NCBI RefSeq assembly: GCF_001194135.2
Contig: NC_068987.1
Coordinates: forward strand, 58,895,487-58,959,486
Length of the DNA stretch: 64,000 nt
Source of the DNA: Octopus bimaculoides
Lineage: Eukaryota
Reading direction: 5' to 3'
The notes under the pieces are model-generated. The model had not been told where the DNA came from. It saw nothing but the letters and a program-made list of their open reading frames with translations, and made no database searches. Each line of letters opens with the position of its first letter. The stretch's first letter is position 1. This document shows, in pieces, positions 53,432-64,000 of this stretch. Both the position numbers and the translations under genes were made by a program.

Positions 53432-56400
53432 AAATCTATGATATTACATAGTTGTATTAGTCATTAGTCGCNNNNNNNNNNTGGTCATGAGCGCTGTCTC
53501 TCTCTGTTTATATAAAAGATTTGGGAAAAAAAAAAAAATGATATTGCTGGGAAATATTTCTTATTGCCTCGATGAAAATTTTTGTTGTCACAAAATGAAA
53601 ATAATCAACTGGAAGAATACTTACCAGAACTCTCCATCTTCAGCATTAACAACGTCAAGTTCCAGTTTCTTGTCAGCTGGAAGATTTCTCATTTCAAATG
53701 ATCTATATAAAAAAAGAATGGTATTTTGTTACTAGTACGTATACTAGAGTTACAATTAAATTACTGTTTGAAACTATGAGTTGGTTCCAAGTTGTTAACA
53801 TCTTAAAATGATTCACTGAAAGGATAAATTATCAAAAGATGTCTATAACTTCACTTTAGAGATCTAAATGCTAAAGGAGGAAACTGTAATAGGCTGAGTT
53901 GTTGGAGTGCTTGTCTACCAAGTGAAGAGTCAACGCTTCATATTCTATAGCTGGTACTTTACCATGGTGGAGGTGCAATGGTCCAGTGGTTAGGGTAGCG
54001 GACTTGCGGTCATAGGATCGCGGTTTCGATTCCCAGACTGGGCGTTGTGAGTGTTTATTGAGCGAAAACACCTAAAGCTCCACGAGGCTCCGGCAGGGGA
54101 TGGTGGCGATCCCTGCTGTACTCTTTCACCACAACTTTCTCTCACTCTTACTTCCTCTTTCTGTTGTGCCTGTAATTCAAAGGGTCAGCCTTGTCACACT
54201 GTGTCACGCTGAATATCCCTGAGAACTACGTTAAGGGTACACGTGTCTGTGGAGTGCTCAGCCACTTGCATGTTAATTTCACGAGTAGGCTGTTCCGTTG
54301 ATCGGATCAACTGGAACCCTCGACTTCGTAAGCGACGGAGTGCCAACAACTTTACCATGAGGCATATCTTGTGTAAGCATGCCACTAAATATACATATTT
54401 ATAACTCGGTGCATAGGTATATACATCTCAGCACTGCAAGTAACAGGAGCACTGTATAGTTAAGGATTGGTTAGTTTGCAGTACTAAGTTTGTCCCTTTA
54501 TAAATCTCAAATAAGAGAACTATTGAAATCCTGAAACCAGTGAAGTTATACTGAGTTCCATCTCTCTATGAAGATTTTGATGGCATAAAGCTGTTGAACA
54601 CCTGCACACTACCCAACAATCCTTGCAGTTTCTATGACATGATTCTTTTTCTAATGATACACCAGGAAGAAAAAAAAAAAGCAAGATTTAAAATTCTCTT
54701 TTAGTCTTTTAATAGTATCATGCTGGGCACATTTTTAAAAGGGAGAACAAAGAAAATTTTGAAATAGATATAGAAGTATGAAGGCATCATAAACAAAGGA
54801 AATAAAGTCTAGTGACCTTATATTTTTATGTTATCACCCAGCGAGTAGAACCAGGAAACTTTCAATCTCTACCTGGATTATTTTACTTCATTTCTCTTCA
54901 TTTATTCTATTAACCACACCACTTATTTAAAAAAAAAAAATTACATTTCTGTTGAAACACAGAGCCTTAATTTCAAATGATTTTTTAAATAAGATTACAG
55001 TAAAATAACAGCCATGCTTAAGCTGGTATTTGGAACAAATTAAGATGAAATTTTGATGGAAGATTATAATTTAGATCAGTTTAAAACAAAGTTTGAGTCA
55101 TAGAACCAAAACCAACCTCAAGTGGTTTGGTATCAAATGGATTAAAATGCTTGTGGGAGACGCAAGTGATATTTTCTATTTTCTTGTTCTTCAAAAAGCT
55201 GTAGGGGTTCATACCAAAAGGTAAGAGTTCCAAACATTCATTGTTGGTGTAGAGTATAGTAATAAACAATATGGTACTACTGGTATTCTAGTTGTTGGTC
55301 AGTTTTAGTTAGCTCTTCTTGAACACATCTATGACATGTCAGTTGACAAATAGTTTCAACCAATCAATGAGTCAGTCATCATCATTTTCCTCATCATTTA
55401 ACGTTCATTGTCCATGCTGGCATGGGTTGGATGGTTTGATCAGAGCTGGAAAACTGGGGTTAGGGTTAGGGTCTGATTTGACATGGTTTCTACAGCTGGA
55501 TGCCCTTGCTAACACAGACCACTTTACAGAGTGTGTTGGGTGCTTTTATGTGGCACCACATGGGTGCTCTTACATGGTGCTGCATGGACACTTTTATGCA
55601 TGGCACATAGTATATGTATATATATATATATAGTATACATGATCATATATGTCATTCTGGGTTGAATTTCATTGCATGCAGCCATCTCCCTCTGTATTAA
55701 GTATTATTTTGTCTTTAGGTTTTGAATTAAAGAAATGAAAAAAGAAAACAAAATACTTAAAATAGAAATAATATAACATACGTATCAGACCAAGGGCCGT
55801 TCCATTCGCCTTTTCCCCATGGGTTTCTGAGACGCAGCAAATTATGCACTTTCTTATTTACTTCCACCTGTAAAGAGAGTATATCAATGTACAACTGACT
55901 GTTATGACAGGAGAGGTTTGGTTCCTATGTCTCTTTTATATTTTGCAGGATATATCTTGATCAATCTTTTATCTTTTACTTGTTTCAGTCATTTGACCGT
56001 GGCTATGCTGAGGCACTGCCTTGAAGAGTTGAACCAAGCTAAGCAACCCTGAACTTATTTTTTTAAAGCTTGCTATTTATACTATATGTCTTTCTTTTTG
56101 CTGAACTGCTAAGTTATGAGGACATAAACAAACCAACACTGGCTATCAAGTGGTGATGAGAAGGGACAAACACGAAGGCACTCACAGATATATATATATA
56201 TATATATATATTTTTTGTTTTACTTGTTTCAGTCATTTGACAGTGGCCATGCTGGAGCGCCGCCTTTTAGTTGTAGAAATCGACCACAGGACATTCTTTG
56301 TAAGCCTGGTACTTATTCTATTGGATTTTTTTGCAGAATTGCTAAGTTATGGGGATGTAAACACACAAACATCACATGTCAAACGATGGTGGGGTTGGGG

Positions 56401-56978
56401 GAACAAACACAGACACAAAGACACACACACACACACATACATATATATACACGATGAGCTTCTCTCAGTTTCCTTCTACCAAATCCATTCACAAGGCTTT
56501 GGTCAGCCTGAGGCTATACTAGAAGACACTTGACCAAGGTGCCATGCAGTGGAACTGAACCCAGGACCATGTGGTTGGAGAGTGTTTAGCCATATCTTGC
56601 ACCTATATAGTAAAATTTTCATAATTTCAAAGCTTGGTATCTAATTTTATCATTTGCTGCTGACTATGTGACTGCACTTGCATGGTTGATTTGAAAACAT
56701 AAATGTATAAGTATGCAGCACACGTGGAATTTCGGTACATATTTGCTACATAATTATATGTTGTCTTTGGCGATCTCACTGATGAAGTACAGATGACAAA
56801 TTAATTTATTTGTTTATTAATACAGAAGCTTGGGATTAACTGTAAATAATTGTTGTTTTCATTCTCTTTGGAATTACTTTTTTATGTGGTTTGAGTTTGG
56901 CGGTCCTCTCTAGCATGTAAGGCGTCCTGTAAAAGGTCATCACTTTGTATATAAATACTATTCACTTTTATATATGAG

Positions 56979-57046
<68 letters not shown>

Positions 57047-58950
57047 TACATACACAACAGGCTTCTTTCATTTTCCATCTACCAAATCCGCTCACAAGGC
57101 TTTGGTAGTTGGCCTGAGGCTATAGGAGAAGACACTTGCTCAAGATACCATGCAGTGGGACTGAACCCAAGACCATGTGGTTGGGAAGCAAGCTGCTTAC
57201 CACATAACCATGCCTGTACCTAAATATATAAATCATCATCATTTACTGTCTGTTTTCCATGCTGGCATGAGTTAGACAGTTTGACTGGAACTGGTAAGCT
57301 GGAGAGCTGCACCAAATTCCAATCTGATTTGGCATGGTCTCTGGTTACATGCCCTTCCTAATGTCAACCAATTCAAGAGTGTAATGGGTGCTTTTTACGT
57401 TCCACCGGCACGGGTGCTTTTACGGTCCACTGGCATGGTGGCACATGTACATATATGATGGGCTTCTTTCAGTTTCTGTCTACAGTAGAAAGCAGAAAAA
57501 TGCAACATCATGGATATGATAGATGCATGGGACAGAAAGACTAAGGTGAGAATACAAAACAAATTCTTGGAAAAAAGTATTGCTGTATAGCTGGAGCAGT
57601 TACAGCTTTGATGTGGTGGCTGCATGGATGATAGAGAGGAAACAAAATGAACCATACAGTACAAGCCAGACATTTCATGGTAGCATTAATGTTAAGGCGG
57701 TGAGCTGGCAGAAACGTTAGCATGCCAGGCGAAATGCTTAATGGTATTTCATCTGTCTTTACGTTCTGAGTTCAAATTTTGTTGAGATTGATTTTGCCTT
57801 TCACCCTTTCAGGGTTGATAAATTAAGTACCAGTTGCATACTGGGGTCGATCTAATCGACTGGCCCTCCCCCCAAAAATTTTGGGCTCTGTGCCTAGAGT
57901 AGAAAAGATTAATGGTAACACTACTGGAAAGACCTGTAGTGTTGGAAGGTGCTAGAATCATTGTGATGTTCAGGTTACAGTTAATTAATGGAATATCTGA
58001 CTGAAAACTAAATGCAAAATGTATAGTATACACACAATCAGTGTGTCGATGCAGTTGCAAGGTTTGACTGGGAAATGTTTAGTAATTTTGCTTAGTTTGC
58101 AGGTTTTGGAAGGGTAAAGAACCGTGTGCGTGTGCGTGCGTGTGCGTGTGTGGTAAAAAAAATTTATAATTTGCTTTTCATTCTTCCTCTGAAAACAAAT
58201 AAATACCAAAAATTTGAATAAAAACCTCAAAAACAAAATTACTGTTATATAAAAATAAACAATTTATACAGTACAAGGAAGATGGTATTCCTAGAGTTTT
58301 GCTTAGTTTGCAGGTTTTGGAAGAGGAAAGAACCATAAGTGTTTGTGTGTGTGTAGTAAAAATATTTATAATTAGCAAACTGACCTGAGCTACTTTAGTA
58401 ATTGTGTATGCATGACCTTCGTATAAGCCGTTCTCCCTTTTTGTTTCTTTGAGTGGTAGCATTTCATTCTTCCTCTGAAAACAATGAAATACCAAAAATT
58501 TAAATAAAAACTTCAAAAACGAATTTCTATTATATAATTTAAAACAATTTATACAGTACAAAGAAGATGGTATTCCTAGAATCAGTAGAGTATTGAACAA
58601 AATCACATACTTGTGCTATATTAAGTTGTATCATATACATTCAGAATTCGAAACCCTACAAAGAATGTCTTTCATCCTTCTATTTCAGCCAGGTACTTAT
58701 TTTATTGATATCTATTTATCAAACTGCAAAGTTAACAGCAATAAACACACACATAAACAGCCTATTTGTGTGTGTGTGTGTATACAGTCATGGCTAAAAG
58801 TTTGAAACATAGGTCTGAAAAATTAGAATTTATTTTATATTAAATGCCCAAATATATATATTGTATACATTTGAATTGAATTGTACTTGGGCATAACAAT
58901 TTTAATTAAAAAAAAATTTCAAACATTTGGCCATCACTGTATGTATATGT

Positions 58951-58984
<34 letters not shown>

Positions 58985-61490
58985 TCAGTTACTCCTTCCT
59001 TCCTCTGGAACCTTCCATCCTTTACTCTCATCTTCCATTCCTTTCCATGCAGTGTTCCCACTGAACATCTTTCTATGCCTTCAGGTAGTTCTTCCTTCAA
59101 CCATACTCCACTTTATCACCTCACATCTTCCCAGTTACTACCACTCACCCTTACAATTTGGGATAGTCATGTATCTCTTCTATAGCAAGGTGTCTGTTCT
59201 TTTCCCTAAATTATACTTTAGCCTCTCAGCACCTGGCATTAAGCCATCCTTTTGACTTTCTAATAACTGCCACTTTGTCGTTGAGGAGTAGGGGAGCTTT
59301 TCTACTTCCTCTTTTTTGTCTGTCTTGTAACTTAGCAGCCTTGCTATTACCAGTAGCATGTAAAAAGCACCCAGTACACACTGTAAGGAGGCTGGTGTTG
59401 GAAAGGGCATCTAGCCACAGAAAACAAAAACTCAATGCAGCCTTACAGCTTGCCAGATTCTGTCAAACTGTCCAACTCATCCCAGCATGAAAAACGGACA
59501 TGAAATGATAATGATGAATGTATATATAAGTGTGTGTGTGTGTGATTGTGAGTGTATTTGTGTTGACATGTCTTGACATGATCCGATGATTGTAAATGAA
59601 CATCACTATCATACAAGCAGTGTTCTTTGATTTCCAAACTTCTAGGGAAACATGTCTGGCCATGGAGAAATATCATCTCGCTTTTAAAATAAGTGAGGGT
59701 TGGCAACAGAAAGGGTATCCAGTGATAGAAAAATCTTCCTCGATGAAATTCCATGTGACTTATGTGCAAATGAAAAGTAATCATCCAAACAAAATGTCAT
59801 TATCTTGAAATATATTGATTATATAAACTCACATAAATTGCAGCACCAATCAAAGTATTCATCTTCCTGACATTTAGGAGCAAGTCATACAAATTTGGTG
59901 CAATTTTCATCTTCTCTCTTAAATCATAAAATTCTGAGATGCCTCCTGTTAGATCAGTTAGGGCACTTTGGATCTTTCCTCCATTCAGCGATTGGTAGCA
60001 ACCTTGAAGCCTGAAGAGGAAAATGAGTAGATATATTAGCTGACCACAAAAAGTCAATGAAGTATAATAGAATGCAGGTATAGACATTTTTCTAAGCTTC
60101 AAGACACCCGAAGATCAATAGTTAACTCTGATTTTATTGTGTTAATTAGATGAGAAATAAACTCTCTTTTAGGATAGGAAACATTGATATTCCTTGATGA
60201 CCTGGTATCAATGATCTAGCATAACTGAAGAAATAGTAATAGAAACTGAAGAAATAGAATTCACATTGCAGATATCTGTGAGAAATGAAGGGATCATTTT
60301 GTCTTTCATTTATTTTAGTTTTTGGGCTGTGGCCATGGTGGAATACCACCTTGAAGGGTTCAGGAATTGAAACAACAATTTCATGATTCTGAGTGCAACA
60401 CCCTAACTTTTAGGCCAATGTGCCCTCCCTACTCACACACACACACAATAATTCAATAATTAATATCTCTCCAATCTAAATTAAATGAATACAAATAGTC
60501 ATATACTTTTAAAATGCCATATTTAACAAGTGTTAAATTTAGAGTGGGTTTTCATGCACTTGTAAATAACTGAGTAACAAAGGCTATTATACTTACTTAG
60601 CATAGGCTTTCTCTAATAATGGACTCCAGAATTCATTTGGCTGTTCCCTGTTCTTTCCATAAATCAAATGGCCATTTATTGTTGGCAAGTAATCATCAAT
60701 TATAACTTCCCTCCATTTTCCATAGTGCCAAAAGTTGAAATGGAAGGCACCTGCAAAAGAAATCAACAAGAAAATAATATTGGCTTTAAATTGTGGCACA
60801 AGACCAGCAAGTCAACAGAATGTGAGTAAGTCAACTACATTGATCCCAGTGTTCAACTTGGTACTTTTTTTTTATCAACCCCAGAAGGATGAATGTCTAT
60901 CTATCTACCTGTCTATCTACCTTTCTTTTTATCAACCCTAGAAGGATGAATGGTAAAGTTGACTTCAGTGGAATTTGAACTCAGAATATAATGACAGATT
61001 AAATGCTGGCAAGCATTTTGCCCAACATGCTAACAATTCTGCCAGCTTTCCACCTTAAGGAAGATACATATTGACTTGCTTTAGACAATGTTCAAAGACT
61101 CGCATATCATAAAACAAAGAATGGGATGTGATACCCAAGTTAGTTTTCAAGGTTATTAACTGCATAAGTGAAAGAGAGCTTTAAGTTTTTGGCATACAGA
61201 TTACTCTGTTGAATGTAATGCTTATTTATCCACATTGCTTTGAACTAATCATGCATCATCTCATAACTAAGATTATTTATTGTCTTTTTTGCCAGACTGC
61301 TAAGTTATGGTGATATAAACAAACCAACACCACTTGTCCAGCAGTGTTGTAGCTAGAGCTATTTCTTAAAGATATTTTGATTTGATGGTCATAGATGGAA
61401 TGCCTTTGATCAGTGGTCTGTCCAATTACAGTGCCAACCTGTGGTCAAACAACAGAAGCACTAACCAACTTTATCTTTCTGTCTGTCTGC

Positions 61491-61526
<36 letters not shown>

Positions 61527-63202
61527 GTCTAGCTGTCTAGCTGTTTGTTTGTCTGTCTACCTGTCTATCTACCTACCTATCTAGCTTTCAGGAAGTTGAT
61601 TGTTGTGGCCGGTCAGAGAGTGACTATTGGTTTTGCACCTATAAAATGCTTAGCTGCATAGGCGACTTGTCAGACACAAATGGCTGAAGGCACATACAAT
61701 TTCAGATGTCATGGTCAGTTAGTTTTGTAAACAAAAACACATTCGGAATGGTTGGGCAGGTGTTACAGGCTTGATGGGGTTATCTCCCTTACATCTGTCT
61801 GTCTGTGATTGATTGGCAGAATCAGTGTGTTAGATTTACATTAATTATTTCGAGTTCTGTGTTTTGAGTTCAAATCTGAATGAAGTCAACTTTGCTTTTC
61901 ATCCTTTCAGAAGCAATAAGATTAAGTACCAGTCCTCTACTGAGGTCATTTCTTCTCTTTCTCGCATTCATTCATTCATTCATTATTTTTTCTGTGTCTG
62001 TCTTACTTTTTACTCTTCTGAAAGAAATAGGCTATGGTCAGACCTGGAGAGAAACAGACACTAGTTAGGTCTAAAAATGTCGAGATACATCATATGTTAA
62101 GACAGTGTCTGTCTCTAGAACAACATCAAGATGTTAAGGGCCAAAAACAAGGCATATCTATAACATTACTGTATTTTTATCACTGGATATACATTTTTTG
62201 TAACCAATTAATTCTCTTCCTTTTTATACTAATTATATAAAATTCTATTAATGTCAATTCAGTGTTATAGTACTTTGAAATATTGTCACTTTTATTATCA
62301 ATCCACTATCAAAATATGGACTTGATATCTATATATATAAAAGGCAGGATGTGTGTGTATTTGAATGTAATGTTGATGTTACTTAGTTTAGTTTGAATTA
62401 AAGAACTTGATTAGCTTAATAATCCTAACTTAATCCTGGGCAAAGCTGGACTATACTGCTAGTATGTTATATAATAGAATTGTTTTCAATGAATTATTCT
62501 TTCCTACAGATTTATTGTATTAAGCTGATCTAACAAATCCTAATTTTTACAATCATCATATTCATAGTCATCATGACCACACTCTGGGCCATATCTTATT
62601 AGTTTATAGAGCTTAGCTTATTGAAAAACCATCTACTTTAGTAGTAGCAACAGCAGTAGTTTAGTCAGTCAGCCCTGACTGAGCAGACTTATTGAGAGTA
62701 TTCTAGCAATGATAATTACATTTTTCTTTTCTTTTTGCTGGTTACAGTGTGTCTTAGATCATCTTATCAAATGTCTCTTTTTCTTTTCCTAAAAATGATA
62801 GGGTGTGATTTGAGGGAGACCTGACTTATTTCTCAAGAGACAAGTAACTCTATAGAGACTACTTCAATAGCTTGTAGCAGCACCATCAGCAGCGCTTGCA
62901 GAAGATAGTGGTAATGAAGTAATGTTTTTTTTTTGATCCATTCAATAGAAAAGAAATATAGAACAGATCTCGAGAGATCAGATGTCCAACTGCTTTTATT
63001 TTTCTCCTTCGACTTATTTAACAATGTAGTAAAAACATGAAAACACCCTGATAAAAAAATCCCAAACAAGCAAAAAAAAACAAATACTGATACTTACCTA
63101 TGTAATCCTCATCAAAACTCTGGCCACTTGGGATGATTTTTTGCACAAGCTTTTTCTGATGTGCAACAACAGAAGACACAGAAACAACAAACCAACAGTT
63201 GC
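34495..63202 (-). CDS. CAPN: Classical calpain large-subunit-type gene (CysPc + C2-like domain III + penta-EF-hand); 18 coding exons visible, 5' end outside the window
   Basis: Exons found by hand have AG/GT boundaries whose phases join into one 1790-nt frame (2 nt + 596 codons including TGA). Motifs [56 protein letters not shown] and EF-hands are present. Symbol is family-level only; the paralog cannot be assigned. Confidence 0.96.
34678..34909 (-). mobile_element. tRNA-derived SINE, family B, full length
   Basis: aaggcggcgagctggcagaa...gagttcaaat head; 13-bp TSD CCTCCCAATACTT; related copies near 7850, 19690, 24505, 26975, 27590, 32370, 50375, 57695, 60800, 61820. Confidence 0.85.
36035..36102 (-). 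CDS. CAPN: Calpain exon, EF5: [22 protein letters not shown]
   Basis: ttttttaacag acceptor, gtaagt donor, 68 nt, phase 1 to 0. Confidence 0.9.
36957..37073 (-). CDS. CAPN: Calpain exon, EF4: [38 protein letters not shown](E)
   Basis: ttctttttcag acceptor, gtaagt donor, 117 nt, phase 1 to 1. Confidence 0.92.
37430..37693. mobile_element. Tc1-like MITE
   Basis: TA flanks; TIRs cagagatggtcaaaagtttggaacat / atgttccaaacttttagctgtgactg. Confidence 0.75.
38249..38327 (-). CDS. CAPN: Calpain exon, EF3: [26 protein letters not shown](G)
   Basis: tttttcag acceptor, gtaagt donor, 79 nt, canonical EF loop [12 protein letters not shown]. Confidence 0.94.
38952..39020 (-). CDS. CAPN: Calpain exon, EF2: [23 protein letters not shown]
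   Basis: 69 nt, phase 0 to 0, ctcttag acceptor with upstream TCGTTAAC branch-like motif, gtaagt donor. Confidence 0.9.
39021..41858 (-). other. U12-type (minor spliceosome) GT-AG intron
   Basis: 5' GTATCCTTTT; ATCGTTAAC (39041-39033) ends 12 nt before the exon, one mismatch from TCCTTAAC; no clear polypyrimidine tract. Confidence 0.85.
40390..40724 (+). mobile_element. Family A retroposon copy
   Basis: Same core and (GAT)n tail. Confidence 0.8.
41859..41920 (-). CDS. CAPN: Calpain exon: [20 protein letters not shown], followed by a U12-type donor
   Basis: ctttccaccag acceptor, GTATCCTTTT donor, 62 nt; matches the calpain FxLETCRxxxxxxD pattern. Confidence 0.92.
42612..42985 (-). mobile_element. 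Family A retroposon copy
   Basis: Same core in reverse, (CAT)n on the plus strand. Confidence 0.8.
43788..43902 (-). CDS. CAPN: Calpain exon, PEF EF1: [38 protein letters not shown](E)
   Basis: ttttatcag acceptor, gtatga donor, 115 nt. Confidence 0.9.
44452..44493. repeat. 14-bp tandem repeat (GGCTGTTGGAGTCA)x3
   Basis: Three exact copies. Confidence 0.95.
44801..44816 (-). CDS. CAPN: Calpain 16-nt linker microexon: (S)TDMIN
   Basis: Long T-tract plus ctacag acceptor and gtaagt donor; converts phase 2 to the phase 0 needed by the next exon. Confidence 0.82.
45941..46447 (-). mobile_element. Family A retroposon copy with an internal tandem duplication of about 112 bp
   Basis: acgaaggccagtcaggcggtactggc...ctcgaaa unit repeated at about 46122 and 46237. 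Confidence 0.82.
46996..47213 (-). CDS. CAPN: Calpain exon, end of domain III: LHYPVNSKL...[41 protein letters not shown]
   Basis: cttttcccag acceptor, gtaaat donor, 218 nt, phase 0 to 2. Confidence 0.95.
47480..47519 (+). ncRNA. Minimal type I hammerhead ribozyme, U3-A8 core variant
   Basis: CTACA / TTGATAA / GGGG-CAATA-CCCC / GAAA / CTAG / TC / TGTAG: helix I, core, helix II, palindromic helix III (ACTAGT), GUC site; flanks pair further (47461-47536). Confidence 0.75.
48060..48205 (-). CDS. CAPN: Calpain exon, domain III: [48 protein letters not shown]
   Basis: ttcttatcag acceptor, gtatga donor, 146 nt, phase 1 to 0, NPQ motif. Confidence 0.93.
49850..50070 (-). mobile_element. Possible RTE-type LINE remnant
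   Basis: EEFPYLSII resembles the LINE xxFxYLGSxI motif; heavily decayed. Confidence 0.35.
50159..50246 (-). CDS. CAPN: Calpain exon, start of domain III: [29 protein letters not shown](D)
   Basis: ttttattatag acceptor, gtaagt donor, 88 nt, TAGGC motif. Confidence 0.94.
51693..51786 (-). CDS. CAPN: Calpain exon: [31 protein letters not shown] (end of protease core)
   Basis: ctctttag acceptor, gtaagt donor, 94 nt, phase 2 to 0. Confidence 0.93.
52257..52628 (-). mobile_element. tRNA-derived SINE, family D, full length
   Basis: 12-bp TSD TCATGTTTTAAT (52245-52256, 52629-52640); A/B-box-like head. Confidence 0.88.
53625..53702 (-). CDS. CAPN: Calpain exon: [25 protein letters not shown](W)
   Basis: ttttatatag acceptor, gtaagt donor, 78 nt, EDGEFW motif. 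Confidence 0.94.
53967..54348 (+). mobile_element. tRNA-derived SINE, family D, full length
   Basis: Head tggtccagtggttagg...ggtttcgattccc, (AAC)n tail, 11-bp TSD ACTTTACCATG. Confidence 0.88.
55782..55867 (-). CDS. CAPN: Calpain exon with catalytic Asn: [28 protein letters not shown](T)
   Basis: ctttacag acceptor, gtatgt donor, 86 nt, phase 0 to 2. Confidence 0.96.
58086..58296 (-). pseudogene. Degenerate tandem copy of the His-exon region, keeping the acceptor and first 13 exon nt
   Basis: 58086-58296 aligns with 58297-58580; about 80 nt covering GHAY and the donor are missing. Confidence 0.85.
58385..58474 (-). CDS. CAPN: Calpain exon with catalytic His: [30 protein letters not shown]
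   Basis: gttttcag acceptor, gtcagt donor, 90 nt, GHAY motif. Confidence 0.95.
58785..58939. mobile_element. Shorter copy of the same Tc1-like MITE
   Basis: TA-cagtcatggctaaaagtttgaaacat ... aaacatttggccatcactg-TA; shares internal sequence with 37430-37693. Confidence 0.75.
59833..60010 (-). CDS. CAPN: Calpain exon: [27 protein letters not shown]...LIGAAIY
   Basis: cctcttcag acceptor, gtgagt donor, 178 nt, phase 2 to 0. Confidence 0.96.
60597..60750 (-). CDS. CAPN: Calpain exon: [50 protein letters not shown](K)
   Basis: ttttgcag acceptor, gtaagt donor, 154 nt; hallmark calpain motifs. Confidence 0.97.
62328..62462 (+). mobile_element. Short non-autonomous Helitron
   Basis: A|TCTATATATATAAA start, subterminal cctgggcaaagctgg hairpin remnant, CTAG|T end. 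Confidence 0.7.
63098..63202 (-). CDS. CAPN: Calpain exon with catalytic Cys: (G)[34 protein letters not shown](G)
   Basis: ttttcctag acceptor, gtaagt donor, 105 nt, phase 1 to 1; not in the ORF track. Confidence 0.95.
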   Translation of the reverse strand, partial: ATVGLLFLCLLLLHIRKSLCKKSSQVARVLMRIT

Positions 63203-63316
63203 CTAGGAAAAGTGAAAATCAGGAGTTTAGTAAATGATAAAGAGAAATAGATTATGTATGTATGTATTTATATATTATAAAGTCTGTGATATAAATATTG
63301 GTCTTTCCATGATGAG

Positions 63317-63347
<31 letters not shown>

Positions 63348-64000
63348 AAGAGGGAGAGAGAGAGAGAGAGATTAGTTCCAATCTAGGGATTAACTCTACA
63401 GCTTAATGCTTATGTCATAATTGTTGAGAACCAATAAGTTTTAAATCATGATTTCAGTTACCAGTAGTCTTCTCTATCCAAAATCAAGCCGTCTGTCACC
63501 TGCCTGGCTCTTTAAATTCTATACTTTGAGATAAAGGTTCTTTTACTTAAGATAATATAAAATATGGTTTTTGGGATGCAATTGGCTGAGCTACTATGAT
63601 GTCGGATTAACATTCAGAGAATCAGCATTTGGATTATATCAATAGAAGTAGATTGTATACATAGTGAAGGTGCATGTTATCAAGTAGTTCAGTTCACTGA
63701 ACTATATAAGCAGTTATCACACACATAGAGGAACTTAACATTGTAGCTAGACACATCAGTGTAACTGATAAGAAGCTGAAGTACTGTATAATTGATTCAG
63801 CTTACAGTGCAGGGTTCAAATGCTCCCATGTGAAAGCTCATAAATCTATGGTGATGCAGAGAAGAATCAAACCTGAGGTCAGGTTTAACCAAAATCCATA
63901 CCAATGCCCAGGTATAAGTAGATAAGTCAGATTTAAAAATAACTACAGACAAAAAAAAAGTAAAATGTCATATGGATTAAGCCAGTGTTTCTTTATATCG

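Noticed and set aside
53967-54040. tRNA-like sequences at SINE heads
   Set aside because: A/B-box-like motifs run into SINE bodies with tails and TSDs; I see no complete cloverleaf, so no tRNA gene is called.
55457-55471. (TTAGGG)2 in a calpain intron
   Set aside because: Only two units, inside a decayed family A copy; expected by chance or slippage.
1-64000. CRISPR arrays, rRNA genes or prokaryotic operons
   Set aside because: No repeat-spacer array or rRNA-like sequence was seen; the window is intron-rich eukaryotic DNA.

Overview
AT-rich, repeat-dense eukaryotic DNA with five N-gaps. The (TA)n/(CA)n load and the SINE families suggest an Octopus-type cephalopod genome (inference). The only host gene I can reconstruct is a classical calpain on the minus strand: 18 coding exons from 63202 to the stop at 34495, 1790 nt in total. 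Every splice phase joins in frame, and the first coding exon(s) lie beyond base 64000. It has an intact Cys/His/Asn triad (GNCWF, GHAY, RNPW), a C2-like domain III and a penta-EF-hand domain. It also has a 16-nt microexon, a U12-type intron, a partial duplication of the His exon and a second U12-like donor. The rest is mobile DNA: a near-complete Merlin transposase, a decayed Chapaev3-like transposase, mariner, hAT, piggyBac, Tc1 and Helitron pieces, foldback MITEs, HERO/NeSL-, CR1/L2- and RTE-type LINE remnants, and several SINE-like families. The most notable unannotated structures are a compact type I hammerhead ribozyme fold with a compensatory U3-A8 core (47480-47519), a pre-miRNA-like hairpin (33380-33466), a foldback element with inverted telomere-like repeats and an 8-bp TSD (24141-24324), and an orphan CpG-rich promoter-like island (about 20640-20780). 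All calls are by eye; no database search or folding program was run.
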